This document shows, in pieces, positions 37,983 through 50,716 of a stretch of DNA of 64,000 bases. The DNA lies in contig JAYWIR010000002.1 in the NCBI GenBank assembly GCA_036172245.1, positions 2,170,001-2,234,000 on the forward strand, read 5' to 3'. Position numbers and translations under genes: made by a program. The notes under the pieces are model-generated. The model saw nothing but the letters and a program-made list of their open reading frames with translations, was not told the origin of the DNA and did not search any database. Each line of letters starts with the position of its first letter. Position 1 is the first letter of the stretch. Source of the stretch: Raillietiella orientalis. Lineage: Eukaryota.

Positions 37983-40900
37983 TGGAGGTGCGATCCCCTC
38001 CCCAGGCATGAGAGGAACGGACTCCAAGCCTTCCTGGATTCATAGGGCGGATCCCCCTCTGCCGGGGTGACCCCTATCTTGAAGAATAACACGCCCCCTT
38101 CGCGGGTGGCGTGGAACAGTGTTAAAGAGCCACGTGCGCCGCGAGACACGCTGCGGCTCTTGAGGTACTCAGCGAACCAAAAAAAGGAAACCCGAAAAAA
38201 AAAAAAAAAAAGCTGGATGGAAAAAACAGCGAAGACAGAAGAAAAAAGAACCCAAAGGATTTCCATTTGGGTGACAGCGCAGCCACGTTCGAGACGGCCC
38301 GCATCTCCACTTCCGGCACCTGTCGCAGGGAGGTCATCCCGACGCCTTTAACGCGTGCTCTCCTTGTATGCTCGGGAAAGAAGCTTTTCCTCTTTTTGGG
38401 CGGGAGAAAATGCTCGTGCAGTGCTCCCTACCCCTTCAGCTGTCCCTACCAAACTACCGAATGGTTTCATATTACCACCACTTAACATCGCTTCAGTAGG
38501 CAACGCCACTCGTTAGAATGTGTGGTTCGTCACGGGGTTGCCAGTACCCTCTAGAATACAGTAGACTGGTTCATGCTTCTGGCAGATGGCCTCGGAAGGG
38601 CAATTCGTCTGTCCCTTTGATTTCGCTTAGTTGAACCAAAATCCATCAAGGTGGTACTGCACTTGTATCTTCAGCTCTTTCGGTTGATAACTTCGATTCA
38701 GTGAAGTTACATGAGATGAGCCTTTTTTTTTTTTTTTTGGTATGTAGGTATTTGATTCATGCTGTTTTGCCTTCATCTCAGAAGAAATTTCGCAATTTGC
38801 GTACAGACGCAGAGTCCAAGGAAAGAGAAGAACAGTTTAAAGAATTTCAGAGCACATCAAGATCTTGCACGATGAAGCTAAAGCTGTTTTTCAGATTCCG
38901 AAATCCATTAGCACTCTTTCATGATTCCTTACGCTATCGAACGTGAAGTTTCTTTGGTATTGCCATCCCTAAGCTTGTAGTTGTAAGCTGTTTGATAGAA
39001 TAATGCTTACATGGCTCGTGGTAATGGTGCAATTTCGGTAGAAACCTATTCAGACGCCTCGCTTGTCGGACTAATTGCTTGTTTCGCTTTATTTCGACTC
39101 GTCTTTTCGATGCAAATGTTTCCTCTTCTCGAATTCCTTTATATTTTTAAATCCAGCAAGGAAGTGTGTATTACATGTGTTTATGCTGGTGTCTGAGAAA
39201 CAGTCTCTCGTCCTTAACCCTCATTTTAGCTGCTTGAGTTTACTTCAGATCGCTTTGCGAGCATTCTAGGATTTTCAGGAACAGAGGGATTCCCTACAAC
39301 GCAGTAAAGTTATGCCTGTTTGGGGAAAGACGTTGGAGAAAATAATTGTTATTATGCGATTCTGCATTCAGGAGATATTGTACGTGTGTGTTCAGGAGAT
39401 TGATATGTTCTTTCCTGTTTTGTTTTCTTTTGTTCAGCAGGCATAAGAAGTTGACCAGTAGCAGCAAAAATTTGGAAGGATAGGTCGAGCTATGTTGAAA
39501 ATTTATGCACGATTTTCCTCGAAAAGTTTCGGGAAATGGAAAGCACAAACCCAGAAGATAAACTCCAAGGAAATCTGCTAATGAATGTCCATTTTGAGAT
39601 GTGTAAGAAAGGAAGAAAAAAAAAAATCATTCCACGAGGTGGCATTCTTGCTGCATAACTGCTCTGTACCCGTGGATGACAGGAACACGTAAATATGGTT
39701 TCCGTTGAAATTTTTCCCATTATGAAATCCTATATTTCTAATTTGGCCATAATGGAATATATCACACATCTAAGTGAAAACCAAACACACAGATCAAGAA
39801 GCCAGCAACAGCGTATTGATTTTTGTCATCCCTAACACCTGAGGGGGGTGTTTTCCACCTAAAGCAAGATGCAATGGAACTGATGAGTAAACGTGAAAAG
39901 TACAGATCACAATTTAGGCTCCCTTCGAATTTCGTAGACCTTAATTTGGTTGGGGTTTCCGACGTTCAGTTTCTTGTTCAAAATTCCTCCATGTTCGTTT
40001 TTCTTGCTGGTGCGGTGTTTTGCACTGCGGTGTTCCTCCGTTCCGCTTTGGTTCACTTTTCCCACCATCCCAACACACACTTTCAGCAAACAGAGTGTAC
40101 GTGACTTCCCACCGCACTTTCATCCCATGGAGGCACGTTCACACGACGTGAGTTTTCGTTTTTCTCCTCCGAGGGAGAGTTGGAGCCCTTTGGTCACACG
40201 GACGACCGAAGGAGGCTTCTTTTAAGGCTTCCAGAAGCACACGAGATACATCCAGTGGCTGCTCCAAACAAAACGTCAGGAACTAGCTCACTGCTGCCTC
40301 CTCTTGCAGCCAGGAAGGTGCTTGCTGGGGGGTGCGTGTGAATCTCTGTGGAAACTCAGCCGCCACGAGTGCTTCTTCTGCCCTCTTTTCTCAGGTCGAA
40401 ACGCTGCTACGTTTTCTTGTTGCTTGTTTTGCACCACTGTCCACTAAGAGAACAAAACGACTTACTGCGACGTGCTTCTCTCGCAAGTTTGGATAAAGTT
40501 TGCCTGCTGCAACTGTCGGACCGGTCGACAAATCGACGACTCTCCTTCGCTGCATCCGTACAACGGTGAGGAGGAAGCATCGCGTGAAAATTGCCTCTCG
40601 CCGTACGGATGCCGTACAAAGTTTTCGACATTGCTCACTTTGGAGATGTTTATGACTACTACCCTTTTTTCTTTTTGTTTTTTTTTTCTTTTTTTTTTTC
40701 TATTTCTCCCTTTCCCTCCCCCCCCCCCCTCCCTCTCTCTGTTATTCCGATTTCGTATCAATGTGAGCACAATCAATCCACCGTCCACGTTAATTCCCGT
40801 GGTGTGGACGTTTTTCGAAACTCCCGACTCCGGAGCCGTGAGTTTCTTTGTATTTCAAGGTGGTGCTGGCATTTTTTCAAGCAAGCATATGCGTTTAATC

Positions 40901-41221
40901 CCAGCACCACTTATTGCACGAGCTTGCCATCCGTGTGTAGGAACGAGGCAGAATCATTCTGTTCGGTTCGTGTGGTGGGAATAAGTGTGGTGGTTTCGTT
41001 TGTGTGCACTGAAAAATCTGCTGCGTGGAATAAAAACTGTGGTGTGGCTGCTGGAAGGGAAACAATCGGCTTCAAAAAAGATATCCGAATTTTTTTTTTT
41101 CAGATTGTGAGTAGTGGAAAATACATGTTAGTCATCATGTAATATTTGGCACTCTATTTATTTGTATTGCCCCTTATCGTTTCCTCACAAATAATGCAAT
41201 TGCAAGATTGTAAATCTTCAA

Positions 41222-44200
41222 ATGTTAGAAGAATTTGAAATAAAGAGGCTATTATCGGAATGGACAGCCATTCAGTCTATGGTGGATCTTTCAGCAGAGC
41301 GATTGGAAGGCCTTCGTGCTTGTTGCACCAGTAATGCAGAATTGATCCAGCAAGAAATAAGAACTTTGGAAGTATGACAATACTATTAATGCCCAATATT
41401 TAGTGTTTTTATTGAAATCATACCATTTAACCATAATTGTATATATGTGTACAAGTGTGTGTCATCATGCTCCCTGCTGGAAAAAAATGTTTCAGGCAGT
41501 AATTTTTCAGCTACCCATCAGTGTGAGGAAACTTTCGAAGATGTAAAGATTTGATTTGCATGCTTCTACTGTACGTTGCCATTCTGCGTTGATCTGCTTG
41601 TTTTTATCAAGTTTTAACAAAAAAATATGTTGCCAGGATTGAAATGTCTGGATCATTTTTGATTCAAATCACTGAGGGGCTGCAGTCAAAAATTTGTATA
41701 GTTTTCCATGTTTTTTAAGCAGGATCTTTTAAAGTCATTGTCCCACTGTTTTTCACTTTCTCAGCAGCATTTATTATTACAATCCATTAAATCAAAACAA
41801 AAGAAAAAGTAGCATGTTCCATTGTTAGCTTGATTGTCTGTTAGCTTTTGGTCCCTGTTTTGTTGATTGAAAAGTAATCTGTTTGTTTACACAAAATGAG
41901 AAAAATAATTTTTGATTTTGTAGGGTAAACTAGTCAAACTGTTTAGCAATCAACTAGTTGCAAAGATACGCTTATCAGAAGCTACCATTTTAGAAACCCT
42001 TCCAGACTCACCTTCTCTGAAACAGTGGTTACAGGTGGTAGGAATAAACACAAATTACACCAATGTAAGTCCCTCTTTGATGTGGGTACTACGCATGGCA
42101 AAAATTATGTGTTTTTGTAGGAACTTTGTTCAAAGTTTGGAACTATAGAGAATCTCCTAGAATATGAAGATTATGAAATGGAAACAGTTTTATGTGGCCT
42201 GGGTGCCAGCAACGAAGAAATCCATCGAATGGTTAATGCTGCACGCATTCTCAAAAAGTATACAGGTATTTAGCAGTTCTCATGATACCAAGCATAGCTT
42301 TTTGTTTGCATTACATTTCCTTAGAGTTTTTACGCAATGGTAGTAGGGATACTGAAGAAAGTGAATTTCCACTCTACTGGGATAGCTGGGATACTACACT
42401 TACAGCTGGAAGTCCCATTGCATCAGTGATAAGTCCCCCACGTCCTCATAGTTTCTCAGAGGATAATAATTTAATTTATCCCAGTAGTCCTGAATTTAAA
42501 AATATTGCACTGAACAATTGCATTCCAAAGTTTCATTCCCTTATAAATAGTGAAACAAATTCATCCTTAGCTTGGAATAAACATGTATGTCCATCAGCTT
42601 TACCTCCATTTGCATCAAAAGAAAAGCATAAATTTCCAACCACACCTCCAGCAAAAAAAAAGCATCAGACACAATTGTGTCCCAGTGTGGAAACCTTCCC
42701 TTTAACCAAATCTAAGTCTCATGAGTCTCATTTATTCTGCCATGTTGACAATGAAGAAGACACATCAAGGTAAAGCTATTATCCTGTTACATGCTTACAA
42801 TTCTACCTAGCTTAGAGCCATCTTGTCTCTCAGGTCACAGTCAAAGAAGACATTTGAGAGAAGAATCCAATCTTCCTGTGGAATTTGTTTCAGAAGCTCA
42901 AACACACGCATCAAAACCTCTACTGCATACCAAAGATGGTGTCATGCCTAGAAACACTGAAGGCCCCAAAAGTGTTTTTTTGTCAGCTGGAATATCAAGA
43001 TCAAACCAGTTTGCTGCTAGTAGTACCCACAGATTTATCAAAGTAATCAAAGTGACTACGTGTGATTGTTGCCGGCGACAAATGTTCTTGGGAATGCGCT
43101 GCAAGGATTGTCGCTGGAAATGCCATCGAGACTGTGAAGTTAAGGCTCCAGCTTGCTGTTTGCACCAAGAGGATGCTGGCAGACTGCAGACTGATAGTAA
43201 ATGCTTATTAAGCAGAATTGCTTGTTCATACAAAATGCTTCCATAGGCTGTATTTCGCGGAGAAAAACATTCCTTAAAGATCTGCTTTCCAGTCAGAGCA
43301 ATGTCTCATCACACCCGAATCCTGATTCAAGTTCAAATAATTCCAGTTGCAACAGTTCTACTCCTTCTAGTCCTGCTTTACTCATGACTTCCCAAACCCC
43401 ACCTTCTATTGTTAATCACCGGGAATTTGTATTCCCAGATGTGCAGTATGGTTGTGAATGCACTGAGAAATTTGAGTCAGGAGATATGCAGCAAACAGGT
43501 ATTTCAGAAGAATCTTTTTACTGCGGACAGACATCCCCCAATGGGATTGCACAAGATGTTGATTCTGGAGATGGGCAGATCAACAGTCAAGAAAGACATC
43601 CTGTATCATCAAACAGAAGCCTGCATCAAAACAGTGTAAGACAACGTACATAGCATGTAGGAAGATGCCAAATGTTTGTTTCATAGTTATCCTTGCAAGA
43701 ATGGGAGATACCCTATGAAGACTTGCAATTTTTGGTTGACAAGAACATGGTGGGAAAAGGTCACTATAGTGTTGTTTACCGTGCACATTGGCATGGGGAG
43801 GTTGCTGTAAAGCAACTGCACATAACTGAGCATCAGCAGGAGCGCACTTTGGAGCTATTCAACAGGGAAGTGGCCATGTTCCATAAGACACGCCATGACA
43901 ATCTTGTGCTCTTCATGGGTGTCTGCTTACATCCCTTTGCCATAGTGACCAGCTTGTGCAAAGGCATGACTTTGTACACTCATTTGCATGTGCGTCAAGA
44001 AAAGTTCAACATTGGTCGCGTAATATTAGTGGCTCAGCAAATAGCCCAAGGAATGGGTTATCTGCATGCCAGAGGCATTGTTCATAAGGATTTAAAAAGC
44101 AAGAACATCTTTCTGGAGAATGGAAAAGTAGTGATAACGGACTTTGGTCTCTTCAATTTCCCTAAAATCTGCATGAGAGATAATTTGCCCAAACAACTCA

Positions 44201-44677
44201 TCATTCCTCGTGGATGGCTGTACTATCTGGCCCCTGAGGTTATGAGGAGTCTTCATGTTGAATGTGATATGGAACTGCCTCTGACTATGGCATCTGATGT
44301 ATATGCGTTTGGGTTAGTATGGTATTGTGGGTGTAGCAAGTAAATCTCCAGCACTGTGTGGTATGAGCTGCTCTGTGGTGAATGGCCCTTTCAAAATCAA
44401 CCACCTGAAAGTATCATCTGGCAAGTTGGTAATGGGTTTCGTTATCCCTTGACCAATCTTCAGGCGTCAAAGGATGTGAAAGTGAGTCCCATTATTAGCT
44501 CTCAATCATGTACCTGCTGTTTAGGATATCCTGATGTCATGCTGGGCATTTAAACCAAATGACCGGATTGAATTCAGTATGCTGCTCAAAGCATTAGAAA
44601 CAGTCCCTCGCAAACGATTAACCCGCAGTCCTTCTCATCCTGTACATTTTGCTCGTTCTTCAGAATCAGCTTTCTAA
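41222..44677 (+). CDS. KSR: Kinase suppressor of Ras (KSR), 854 aa; exons 41222-41371, 41924-42064, 42121-42265, 42325-42769, 42811-43196, 43247-43635, 43687-44312, 44352-44481, 44525-44677
   Basis: Nine GT-AG exons sum to 2565 nt with consistent phases. Domains seen: CA1/CC-SAM (IQSMVDLSAERLEGLR...QQEIRTLEGKLVKLFS, PSLKQWLQVVG), CA2 TTPPAKK, KSKSHE 14-3-3 site, C1 domain (HRF...CDCC...CKDCRWKCHRDC), S/T-rich CA4 with an FVFP ERK-docking motif, kinase domain (LQEWEIP, VAVK, KTRHDNLVLFMG, HKDLKSKN, DFG, YLAPE, SDVYAFG) and C-terminal RSPSHP. Confidence 0.97.
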
Positions 44678-44736
44678 TCAATAACTGTGATAATAACTGT
44701 TGTGAACTTTAAATTTTGGCTATTGTATATCAATTC

Positions 44737-45540
44737 TCAAGTAGCTGCAGCCATTGATAGGAGCAAGTCTGTGCTAGCAGCATAGCGTCTCTCATTTCTC
44801 TGACTTGCAAGGTGCCATTTAGCACGTATTTTTTTCCAACGGGTTAGGTGATGTTTTAGTAAAGCTTCGTAATCATGCACGTCCGGCTGTTCCTGATCTG
44901 CAGGTAAAGGTGAGGGAATACGTATATCTGTCCATTCAGGACAACGTAAAGGCACTGGCATGGATCCGATGCTGCCATCTAGAACATCTGCATCTTTTGC
45001 TAGTGAGAGCGAATTGTAATTATTGTGGGGGTTATTGTAAATCCATGCCCTGCATATTGGATACAACACTGAATTTTCGGGAAATTCTGCCAAATTCACG
45101 CTGCGGTCAAAGTATTTTCGTATGAATGTGTTGGAAGATGGTTTTTCTTCCTCACTTGGACGTCGCCTCTTACGTTTACCCAGCCTACTTTCATTCTCCA
45201 AGACCTCTTCTTCGGAACTAAGAACATTGTGATAACCGTTATTTTATCATTTCTTGTTAAAATGTTTACCGGAATATTTCATCCCTTGATGGATTCTTCT
45301 GGGTACTGATATTGCGTTCGGTCTCTGCCTCATGAGTTGCATCTGATGCGTTGCAGGCAGATAGCAATGCTGATTCTAGCCATTGCCTAGCCTGAAGCAG
45401 TTGCGGGGATGCTACGAAGAAACAAATATCGTTAGCGGAAAAATTTCGGTTCCTTAACAAGTACACCTAGATGGGGTTTAATGTTGAGGATACAAGATCA
45501 GTTGAAATCCACGATTCTTACGCACGGCTAGCATACGCAT
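44737..45540 (-). CDS. LIN37: LIN37 (Mip40-like), DREAM/MuvB complex subunit; exons 45540-45522, 45411-45270, 45217-44737
   Basis: LIN37 motifs present: ARQWLESAL, TFIRKYFDRSVNLAEFPENSVLYPICRAWIYNNP, RIPSPLP and LLKHHLTRWKKIRAKWHLASQRNERRY. Introns 45269-45218 (gtaaac...ttag) and 45521-45412 (gtaaga...gtag) give consistent phases. The first 19-nt exon is less certain. Confidence 0.92.
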
Positions 45541-46059
45541 TAATGGAAATAAGTATTTCGACAAACTACTTGCTGCATGGAATCACAAGTACACCTCACT
45601 GACCGTTTCAAAGGAACACTGAATATTCACTTCGATTACTGGAAATAAAATGTGCACACTCGGAGATTTGTTTTCGTTTTGTGGACCGGTGGCGTTGCAT
45701 GCTGCAGTTTTCACTATTCGTGTGCCAGGATTGCATACATTTTCGGGGGTGACGTAAATCACGTCCCTCATTTTTACTTTTTCCGGGTATACTACAACGT
45801 AGTTTCAGGATAGCTAGTCAACTCTCTTCGTCATAAAACACCATTCCATAACTGTCGAAGTAGCAATCTCAACTCAAATGGGCAATTTCCGGATTTTCCA
45901 GCATATTCTAAGCCCTTCAGATACGCGTTCGAAATAACAACGAAGAACTTTTTTGCTCATAAAAAAAATCCAATGCGCAGATAAATATGTCCATCTTCAT
46001 AAAGCATGTTTTGTAACCCAATGTTCCATCATCAGTGGCTCAAGATTAATCGAATCATG

Positions 46060-46260
46060 CCCTCCCTCCCTCTTCTGCAAACTCTTTCCAGACTTCCTTA
46101 GTGACTGATCCTGGCTACGACCGCTTCTTTCTAACGCCTGGTGAACCATTTGGGCCTGGTACATGCTCCCACGTTTTTTTTCTCAGCAGCCTTCACAGTC
46201 TGCACTTCATCCTCTATCTTTTTCCGGTGAAACTTCACAATTTGATCCGAGGCGCTGTCA
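46060..46260 (-). mobile_element. Possible degenerate non-LTR retrotransposon (LINE) fragment
   Basis: The minus-strand translation ...KKNVGACTRPKWFTRR*KEAVVAR...KEVWKEF resembles the PW(W/F)T..(I/V)KEA linker between LINE endonuclease and RT. It is interrupted by stops and no RT motif is visible. Confidence 0.2.
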
Positions 46261-49200
46261 AATATGGATTATCCCTTTGTCTTGCTCACGGTGCATTCTT
46301 TCATGACCTCTCTTCTAACAGCATTCTGAAAGCTAACGGAACTCCATCCATGTTTGAGTGTCCGACTGTTTTCCGATCGCTGCATGGCTTCTTAAAGCAA
46401 AGATGAGGACAAACAAAATGCCGACTGATGAGTCAGTTATGCTGATGCTTCCGAGAGAAAAACACGAAGTAATCATCCGATGTTTAAAACCAATTTACCG
46501 AGTAACCAGGTGGCAAAAAAGTAACCAGCGCATGTAAATAGAAAATGCAATTTTGAAGCAAGCGAATAATACGCAAATACAGTACTTAGATGTACATGTT
46601 CGCAGCATGAAAGAAATCATCATGTCTCGGCAAACCAGTTTTTTTTTTTTTGCTGTCTTTTTTAAAACACAAATGCGAGCGAAAGGAAATCAGCAAGACA
46701 CACAAAAGTGGCATAGCTTTTGGATAGAAAAGTATTGAAGATTTCCCAATAAACGATATCCAATGACCAGTACAATGAATTTTTGCATCGGTAAAGATCG
46801 GTCTCTCTGCAGGCTAAACACCGAAATTTGTGCATTATGCCAACTTCAGTCCACTGATTCATTCTGTGTCTGCATCTCCAAGATCTTATATTTCCTACAG
46901 AGTTCTTGTACTTGTTTTTTTTTCCTTCTCATGCTGTCTCTGTGCCTCATAACTGATGAAAACAGTTTGCACCCGCCGAAATATTCGCATTGTGGCAGCA
47001 GAGATCCATTCGACCCCCTGTGGTTTGTCCTCCCCCGTGGCCGCTTAAGTGGTAACACAAAGGTAGTACACACAATCGGGATCAGTTTGCGTGCGTGTTG
47101 TCCCCCCTCCCCCCAGTTTGAGATCACCAGGATGCGAAAAGGAAAGATGGTGCCTTTGCGGACGGACCACATACCTTCCCATAATTTCCTAGGAAAGCAT
47201 GCCAGAGCACTTCTTCATTCCCAACATCGGTTCCTCAAGATGAGAAAATTAGATAAAAAGAGAGAGAGAAAAATTTATGCCGTCACTTGCAATCCAACTT
47301 TCGTGGTGACGTCATGCAGAAGTGTACTGGACAGTGAATCGAGCAGGAAGTGGATTGCAGATTCGCAGATTGCGCGTTTCTTAATCGAGATGAAATTGAC
47401 GGCTGCTGTAGCTCGGCGTGAACCTTCCATTATGCAAGAAATCAACAAACGAGAATGTAGGTCACAATCAGGAACTAATACGAAAGTACTAATTTACAAG
47501 GACTTCAATTTGATAATCAAGCCACGCCGTGCCTTGAATTTTCTTTTGCTCTACGAAGTCAATAAGTAAATTCAGCAATTTACTCGTTTCGTTTTTTCTA
47601 TAGGTTGTTTACTGCTCATCTCGAGTGCTCATCGATATGAACCAATCCGCATTCCTGATCCACTCTGAAAGGAGGAATCACTTTAAACCCAATCGAACAT
47701 TTGCTGGGAATGGCTAACGTATTGGGCACTGTAGATCATCCTGAATTGCTGATTTCCTCTCCATTCATTCTCGGTGATGATTACTTTTCCAGCGTTTCAC
47801 TGCCACACTTGAGAAAAACTGTAAAGGACACTCTTCGACACAGTATGGCACATCTAAATATCATCATGGCTATAAGTTTCCCAAAACCTGCTTCTGCAAA
47901 TCGTAACCAGCAGATTCAACGTTCAGATTCCATTTTTCATCAAGAAAACAGCTTCAGTGATCATCGATGACCGTCTTGAGCTGAAAAGCTGCCCTGGTTC
48001 GTTTTCAAACGTTAACATTCCTGAGGCCTGGGAAATTTCCCAGTGGAGAAATCGTTCTCCCTAATTCACGCATTGGCGCAAGACGGCACTCTACTACAAG
48101 ACGTGCAAAGGCAACTCCACTAAAAAAGAAAAAAAATAGAATTCAGCAATCTTCGTCTGCAGAAAGTTTGCACAAAAGCATAGCGACCGTGGAGTACGGT
48201 TATCCGAGTGATTTCGGGTTAGGAATCCATTGGTATTTCCAGCATGCACTTTCTCTGCGTTTTCTTTGGCATTTACTTCGGAGCTCCCAGAAGGCTTCTC
48301 GAAATAAATTGGGTCGAGCATATCACAACCTAAAGATCGTACTCTGAAAAGCCTTTGAACAAGTGCTCTTCCATGATTCCACAACGCGATCCTCGCTTTC
48401 TTTTCGATCTCCTTTCCTTTCTAAAGATTGCCGATTTTCCTACATCACTTATTGAAACTTTTAACCTTCTGATGAGATGCGCCAACGGTGTGACACGGGC
48501 GCATGGCACTCCCCTTTCAGTCATTAAGAGTGCTCCGATATGATACCACATTTCCATAGTTCTGTTAAAAGTGAAACCTTTCTCGTGAATCAGCGACTGC
48601 CACGTTAGATACTCTTCTTGAAACTACGCATCTTATCGAGAACAGAGTAATTCCCCATCTGAATGTTCAAAGTGCACAATGAAGGGCACAGTTCTCTTGC
48701 AGTTCGAGATGAATCCCCCACGGCGCCAAGAGTGCATGTATCAGTTTATGTTTTCCAAAGCAGTACCCACTCAATGCCGCAACTGGCACTACGGTGGAGG
48801 AAAACAAGTGGTCCTTCCAACTTAGATCGTGACGTCACGATGCCCAGCTGCGAAAGCAATTTAATTATTTACGTTACGCAGCTGATAGCTTTTCTTTGGA
48901 AGCCACGGGCTTGGGAGACCCGTGTGAAAAGACAACATGCCAAACCGCATAGGAAACCATTTTATTTTCCTGCTACTCTTCAAGTTAGCTTGTAGATATG
49001 CCTTGTGAAGATGCTGCTCACCTTCCCTGTTTCAGCTGAACTTGGTACACATGTTCTTGCTGGTCTGAGCGTTCAGAGGACAGGCGGTGTTTCACTCGCA
49101 AATCGCAACTTGCTCTCCCTCTCCATCTTCGAATGAACAACCCCATACGCAGCGTAGTTGACTGAAGCCGCAGTAAAGAGTTGCTGCCTCACAGCCGATA

Positions 49201-50685
49201 CTTCCGTTATCATTTTGCCTCCGTTTCGGATACGCCGATTCAGTAAAAACGCCCGATACGTCACATTTTGTAAACACGATTGACCAAAATCGACGGTGGT
49301 CTTACCTCCCAGCACTGCCACCAGTCTTTCCACTCCTAACCTCTATTGTATTTACTATACAGTGCGAGTTTTCGGTTTCCCCTTGAGCGGAGAGGGGCAT
49401 GGGAATGCGAGAAGGCAGCCTAAGCATGCTAAAATCCTGGCTTTTCAGGGAAACACGTGCAAAGAGAACTCACTCTAAATCATCGGATCCAACGATACAA
49501 AATGCAGAGAGTTCTTTCGAATGAAACAGTAAACATCAGCTGATGCAATGTCTGGAGCAGCGGTGATCCCCTAACAACGAATTTTTCACGTGCTTTTGAC
49601 TTTTGTACCAGCTTACGTCACTGCAAACTATTATCGGAACAGCTCTGCCTGTACACAGCTCGTGTGCGTCGTGCAGATTTCCAGCACTCGTGCACCCTCT
49701 CCTTCTCGAGCGACTTTTGGTGACCACGGGCCGTCGGGATAAATTCTAGAGATCGACGTTCTAGAGTTTGTCCTTCCCTTTAACATGCAGCTGCTGGATT
49801 CCGCTTAAACGATCTGCTATTGCGAGAGCAAAACCGCAAGAACACATTTTCCCCGAGTGTAGCTAACAAATACCCTTTTCAAGACGACTCGCACTTCTTG
49901 TTGGTGTTCTACTTTTTTTTTGCATGCATGACGCCACCATATTCGAACACGGTGGAATACGATTTCGCGTGAAAACACGAATCATTGTGAAATTTTTTTT
50001 TTTTTAGCTTTGTGAAGCGAAAGAATGTTTGTTGATCGTATTTTATTTTATTTATTTTTTTACTGATGCTTCGAAATTTCGATTTGCAACGTGCATTTCC
50101 TTTAGTTAAATGCACAAGAAGTGTTCTTCTTATTTTTTTTTACAAACACCCAAAATCGTGCTTACGGTCTCTGTAACAAAAAGGCAAAGGTACACTACTG
50201 GCGTAACGAACACGCACGCACACACATAAAAAAAAAAAAAAAAAAAAAAAAAGGGTACCTCATGTCACCAGAGCAGACTAGTGACAAAACATCATTTTTA
50301 TGATTCGCAGAGGGAGGAGGAGGAGAAGGAAAGTGAGGAACCTGTTAGAGAATCCTGAGAAGAGTCTTGGAGCGCTCTGCTAGGGCAATTTACCTTTCAC
50401 CTTTTTTCGGCATAACCAGGAGAAGCACTCACGGGAGGGGCATGGCGGGCGCCCTCCGAAGGCATTCCTCCTAGGCCTAAGTTCACGCCTTCAGGAATGC
50501 CACAGCCGCCGCGCCGGAGGATGCGCGCGCGCACGCGCTGTTTGCCGAAAACCGGGCGATCCGAGTAATCGGGCCCCAATTATCCCCGATTCTTCCTACG
50601 CTCGCGGGAGATCCGAGACGTAAGCATGTGTAATTGACACACACACGCGTATTTGGATCGAAAATTCAACGAGGGAGGGGGGGGG

Positions 50686-50716
<31 letters not shown>

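Noticed and set aside
22750..39905. CTGATGA words (e.g. 22753, 39880) as hammerhead ribozyme cores
   Set aside because: There is no proper stem II followed directly by GAAA, and no stem I/III pairing.
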